Shown here in pieces: positions 47,691 through 49,564 of a stretch of DNA of 49,564 nt (the stretch's first letter is position 1; each line of letters opens with the position of its first letter). Origin of the DNA: Chloroflexota bacterium. GTDB lineage: Bacteria; Chloroflexota; Dormibacteria; CF-121. The stretch is from assembly GCA_005881715.1 (NCBI GenBank), contig VBEE01000036.1, forward strand, positions 5,961 through 55,524, read 5' to 3'. Position numbers and translations under genes: made by a program. The notes beneath the pieces were generated by a model that was given only the letters and a program-made list of their open reading frames with translations, was not told the origin of the DNA and ran no database searches.

Positions 47691-47999
47691 CTACTTGTAG
47701 CGGAAGATGATCCGGCCCCGGGTCAGGTCGTAGGGTGACAGCTCGACCCGCACCCGGTCGCCGATCAGGATCCGAATGTAGAACTTACGCATTTTCCCCG
47801 AGGTGTAGGCGAGGATGGTCTGCCCGGTTTGCAGCTTGACCTTGAACATGGCGTTGGGCAACGGCTCGACCACCTCGGCGTCCATCTCGATGGTTTCCTC
47901 TTTGTCGCCGGGCGTCTCTTTCTCGACCAGGGTGTCGATGCCGGGCCGCAACGTGGTGGGGCCGCCGCGCTTCTTGGGGTAACTTCGTTTCTTGCGCAA
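47691..47999 (-). CDS. infA: Translation initiation factor IF-1 with an N-terminal extension
   Basis: [55 protein letters not shown]; start TTG 47999 or 47951. Confidence 0.93.
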   Translation of the reverse strand: MRKKRSYPKKRGGPTTLRPGIDTLVEKETPGDKEETIEMDAEVVEPLPNAMFKVKLQTGQTILAYTSGKMRKFYIRILIGDRVRVELSPYDLTRGRIIFRYK

Positions 48000-48043
48000 A
48001 TCGTCGCCATATTACCCGAGTTCCGCGTGAGAGAATCGGCCGA

Positions 48044-48253
48044 GTGCAGATCAAGGCCGAACTCACCGGCAATCTGTGGAAGATCGTGGTTCGCGAGGGC
48101 CAGCAGGTTGGCGCTGATGAGACGCTGATGATCCTCGAGTCGATGAAAATGGAGATCCCGGTGAACGCGCCGCAGGCGGGCCGAGTCACAAAAATCCACG
48201 TCCAGGAAGGCCAGACCGTGCAGGAAGGCCAGCTGCTGGCGGAGGTCGACTAG
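48044..48253 (+). CDS. Stand-alone biotin/lipoyl carrier protein
   Basis: G..WKI.V.EG..V......ILESMKMEIPV.AP..G.V..I.V.EG..V.EG..LA. Confidence 0.9.
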   Translation: MQIKAELTGNLWKIVVREGQQVGADETLMILESMKMEIPVNAPQAGRVTKIHVQEGQTVQEGQLLAEVD

Positions 48254-48254
48254 G

Positions 48255-48428
48255 TCAGGCTGCGGCTTGCTCGCGCTGGTTGGGGGCGAAAAACGCGATC
48301 CCGACCACCGACATGCCGCGCTTGCAGAATTCGCAGTAGGTGACGGTCACGCTTCTCCGGCTCTCCCACCGCCGTGTCTCGCGCCGGCCGCAGTGCTGGC
48401 AGACGAGGTCGAACATCATGTCGGCCAT
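48255..48428 (-). CDS. Small zinc-ribbon protein, 57 aa (not in the ORF track)
   Basis: Manual translation MADMMFDLVCQHCGRRETRRWESRRSVTVTYCEFCKRGMSVVGIAFFAPNQREQAAA*; two CxxC motifs; GC-rich third positions; TGgTACGGT and GGGG upstream. Confidence 0.72.
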   Translation of the reverse strand: MADMMFDLVCQHCGRRETRRWESRRSVTVTYCEFCKRGMSVVGIAFFAPNQREQAAA

Positions 48429-48503
48429 TGCCCCGCGACCGTACCACCGCTGACACCCCCAGCTCGAAACAACTCGGCTGCGTCCCGGAACAGAAATGTA
48501 AAC

Positions 48504-49373
48504 CTAGCGCAGCAGCTGGTCGAGAGCGCTCTTGAGCTCGTCGGTCGCGGTCGCGCCTTCGAAGCGAGTCTGGATGATCCCCTTCGCGTCGACCAGGAAG
48601 ATCCAGGGCTCGGTCTGCAGCCGCCAGTCCAGCACGGTCTGGGCCAGTTTCCGCTTCGACGGGTCGGGCACGAAGTCGCGGTAGATCTCTATATGAATGA
48701 AGGTCAACTTGTCTCGGTAGGCGGGCTCCAGGCTCTGCACAGCCTTGACCTCAGGTCCGCAGGTGCGGCTGGTGCAGAACGCCGGCGACGCGAAGACGAC
48801 CAGCGTCAGGCGATGCTGGGTGATCGCATCGGCGATCGAGATCTGGTGCATGTCGTCGGGCGGCCGGCCGCTGTCGATGGTGGTGGCGTCAGCCTCCTTG
48901 ATGGTCGGGTTGTGGCTCATCGGAGCGGGCTGCCCCACCGCCGGCACCACGGGGGTCGTGACGACCGCCAGGGGACGGCCGTCGGCGTAGGTCGAGAGCC
49001 GCAGGGTCGCCCGCTCGCCGTTGGGACGAGATGCCGTAATGTCGAGGCCCCAGGTTCCCGCGGTCATGAGATCGAGCCGGGCGACGTATACGCCGGCGCC
49101 TTCGAGGCCGGCGCCCTTGAAGGGCGCATCGGATGCACCCTTGAAGACTCCGGTCGTCCCCTGGAGGAAGAACGCCCGGACATGCACGGTGGCGTCGTTG
49201 ACCGGGGTGCCGTGATCGAGGATGCCGATCGGAACTCGCTGCTGCGCTCCAACGACTAACTCCGAGGCAACGACCTGCGCCTGCAACTGGGAAGGGGCAC
49301 CGGTGGCAGGGGCCGCCTGGGAGCCGCAGGCACCCACCAGCACGGCCGCCGCCAGGGTGGCGGCCCTTCTCAC
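48504..49373 (-). CDS. Lipoprotein with a C-terminal thioredoxin-like domain
   Basis: Lipobox LVGA|C, VVFASPAFCTSRTCGP, FIHIEIY, W.L.TEPW.FLVD..G.I..RFEG. Confidence 0.8.
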   Translation of the reverse strand: MRRAATLAAAVLVGACGSQAAPATGAPSQLQAQVVASELVVGAQQRVPIGILDHGTPVNDATVHVRAFFLQGTTGVFKGASDAPFKGAGLEGAGVYVARLDLMTAGTWGLDITASRPNGERATLRLSTYADGRPLAVVTTPVVPAVGQPAPMSHNPTIKEADATTIDSGRPPDDMHQISIADAITQHRLTLVVFASPAFCTSRTCGPEVKAVQSLEPAYRDKLTFIHIEIYRDFVPDPSKRKLAQTVLDWRLQTEPWIFLVDAKGIIQTRFEGATATDELKSALDQLLR

Positions 49374-49564
49374 CGGGTCCGGACGCGTTCGATGAAGAGC
49401 GCGGGCCGCTGGATCTCCGCCAGGGTCGGCAACAGGTCGGGTCCCTCCCAGACCCGCGCCAACAGCGGCTGGCCACCGGCGTCCCGGACCTCGCGGCAGA
49501 AGCGTTCCCCGAGGACGTATTGGCGCATCTTCATCTCCAGCCCGGTGAGGCGCAAGAAGGCGCG
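49370..49564 (-). CDS. C-terminus of a zinc-dependent metalloprotease (DUF2342-like), 5'-truncated
   Basis: LTGLE.K.RQY..GE.F...V...GG...L..VW..P..LPT..EI..P..F..RV pattern. Confidence 0.75.
   Translation of the reverse strand, partial: RAFLRLTGLEMKMRQYVLGERFCREVRDAGGQPLLARVWEGPDLLPTLAEIQRPALFIERVRTR

Noticed and set aside
48250-48456. 68-aa minus-strand ORF in the track
   Set aside because: The overlapping frame 48255..48428 has better codon usage and a CxxC pair.
1-49564. CRISPR array, tRNA/rRNA, IS/integrase, prophage or defence genes
   Set aside because: No regularly spaced repeats, tRNA signatures or such protein motifs were recognised by eye; a computational scan could still find weak cases.

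Overview
High-GC bacterial chromosomal segment, mostly core nucleotide metabolism. Gene content suggests a monoderm Chloroflexota/Dormibacterota-like organism (inference only). Left to right: (1) pyr operon on the minus strand, pyrB-pyrR-pyrC-carAB, under a perfect sigma70 promoter and a PyrR-binding loop; carA and carB are fused into one reading frame that runs off the left edge and is absent from the ORF track. (2) Glutaredoxin-like gene, DUF2905, DnaJ-class protein, an orphan cobB/cbiA and recJ. (3) An FMN riboswitch upstream of a DMT/EamA transporter and an LLM oxidoreductase. (4) purBCSQLFMNH. (5) An ECF sigma factor with a 755-aa membrane-anchored partner. (6) Biotin carboxylase plus a PycB-like protein with a degenerate carboxyltransferase site, lying between purE and purB where purK is missing. 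(7) guaB3-guaA-purD-purE, ybaK, gdh, two DUF881 genes and ltaE. (8) An M23 peptidase divergent from a tadE-tadE-tadG minor-pilin cluster, envelope genes, infA with an N-terminal extension, a stand-alone biotin carrier, an unlisted 57-aa zinc-ribbon gene and a lipoprotein. Six copies of a ~30-37 bp C/G-tract palindromic repeat (triplex/G4-capable) occur, all in the same orientation, and several are translated in frame. No tRNA, rRNA, CRISPR array or transposase was seen. All family calls come from motif recognition by eye; no database searches were run.
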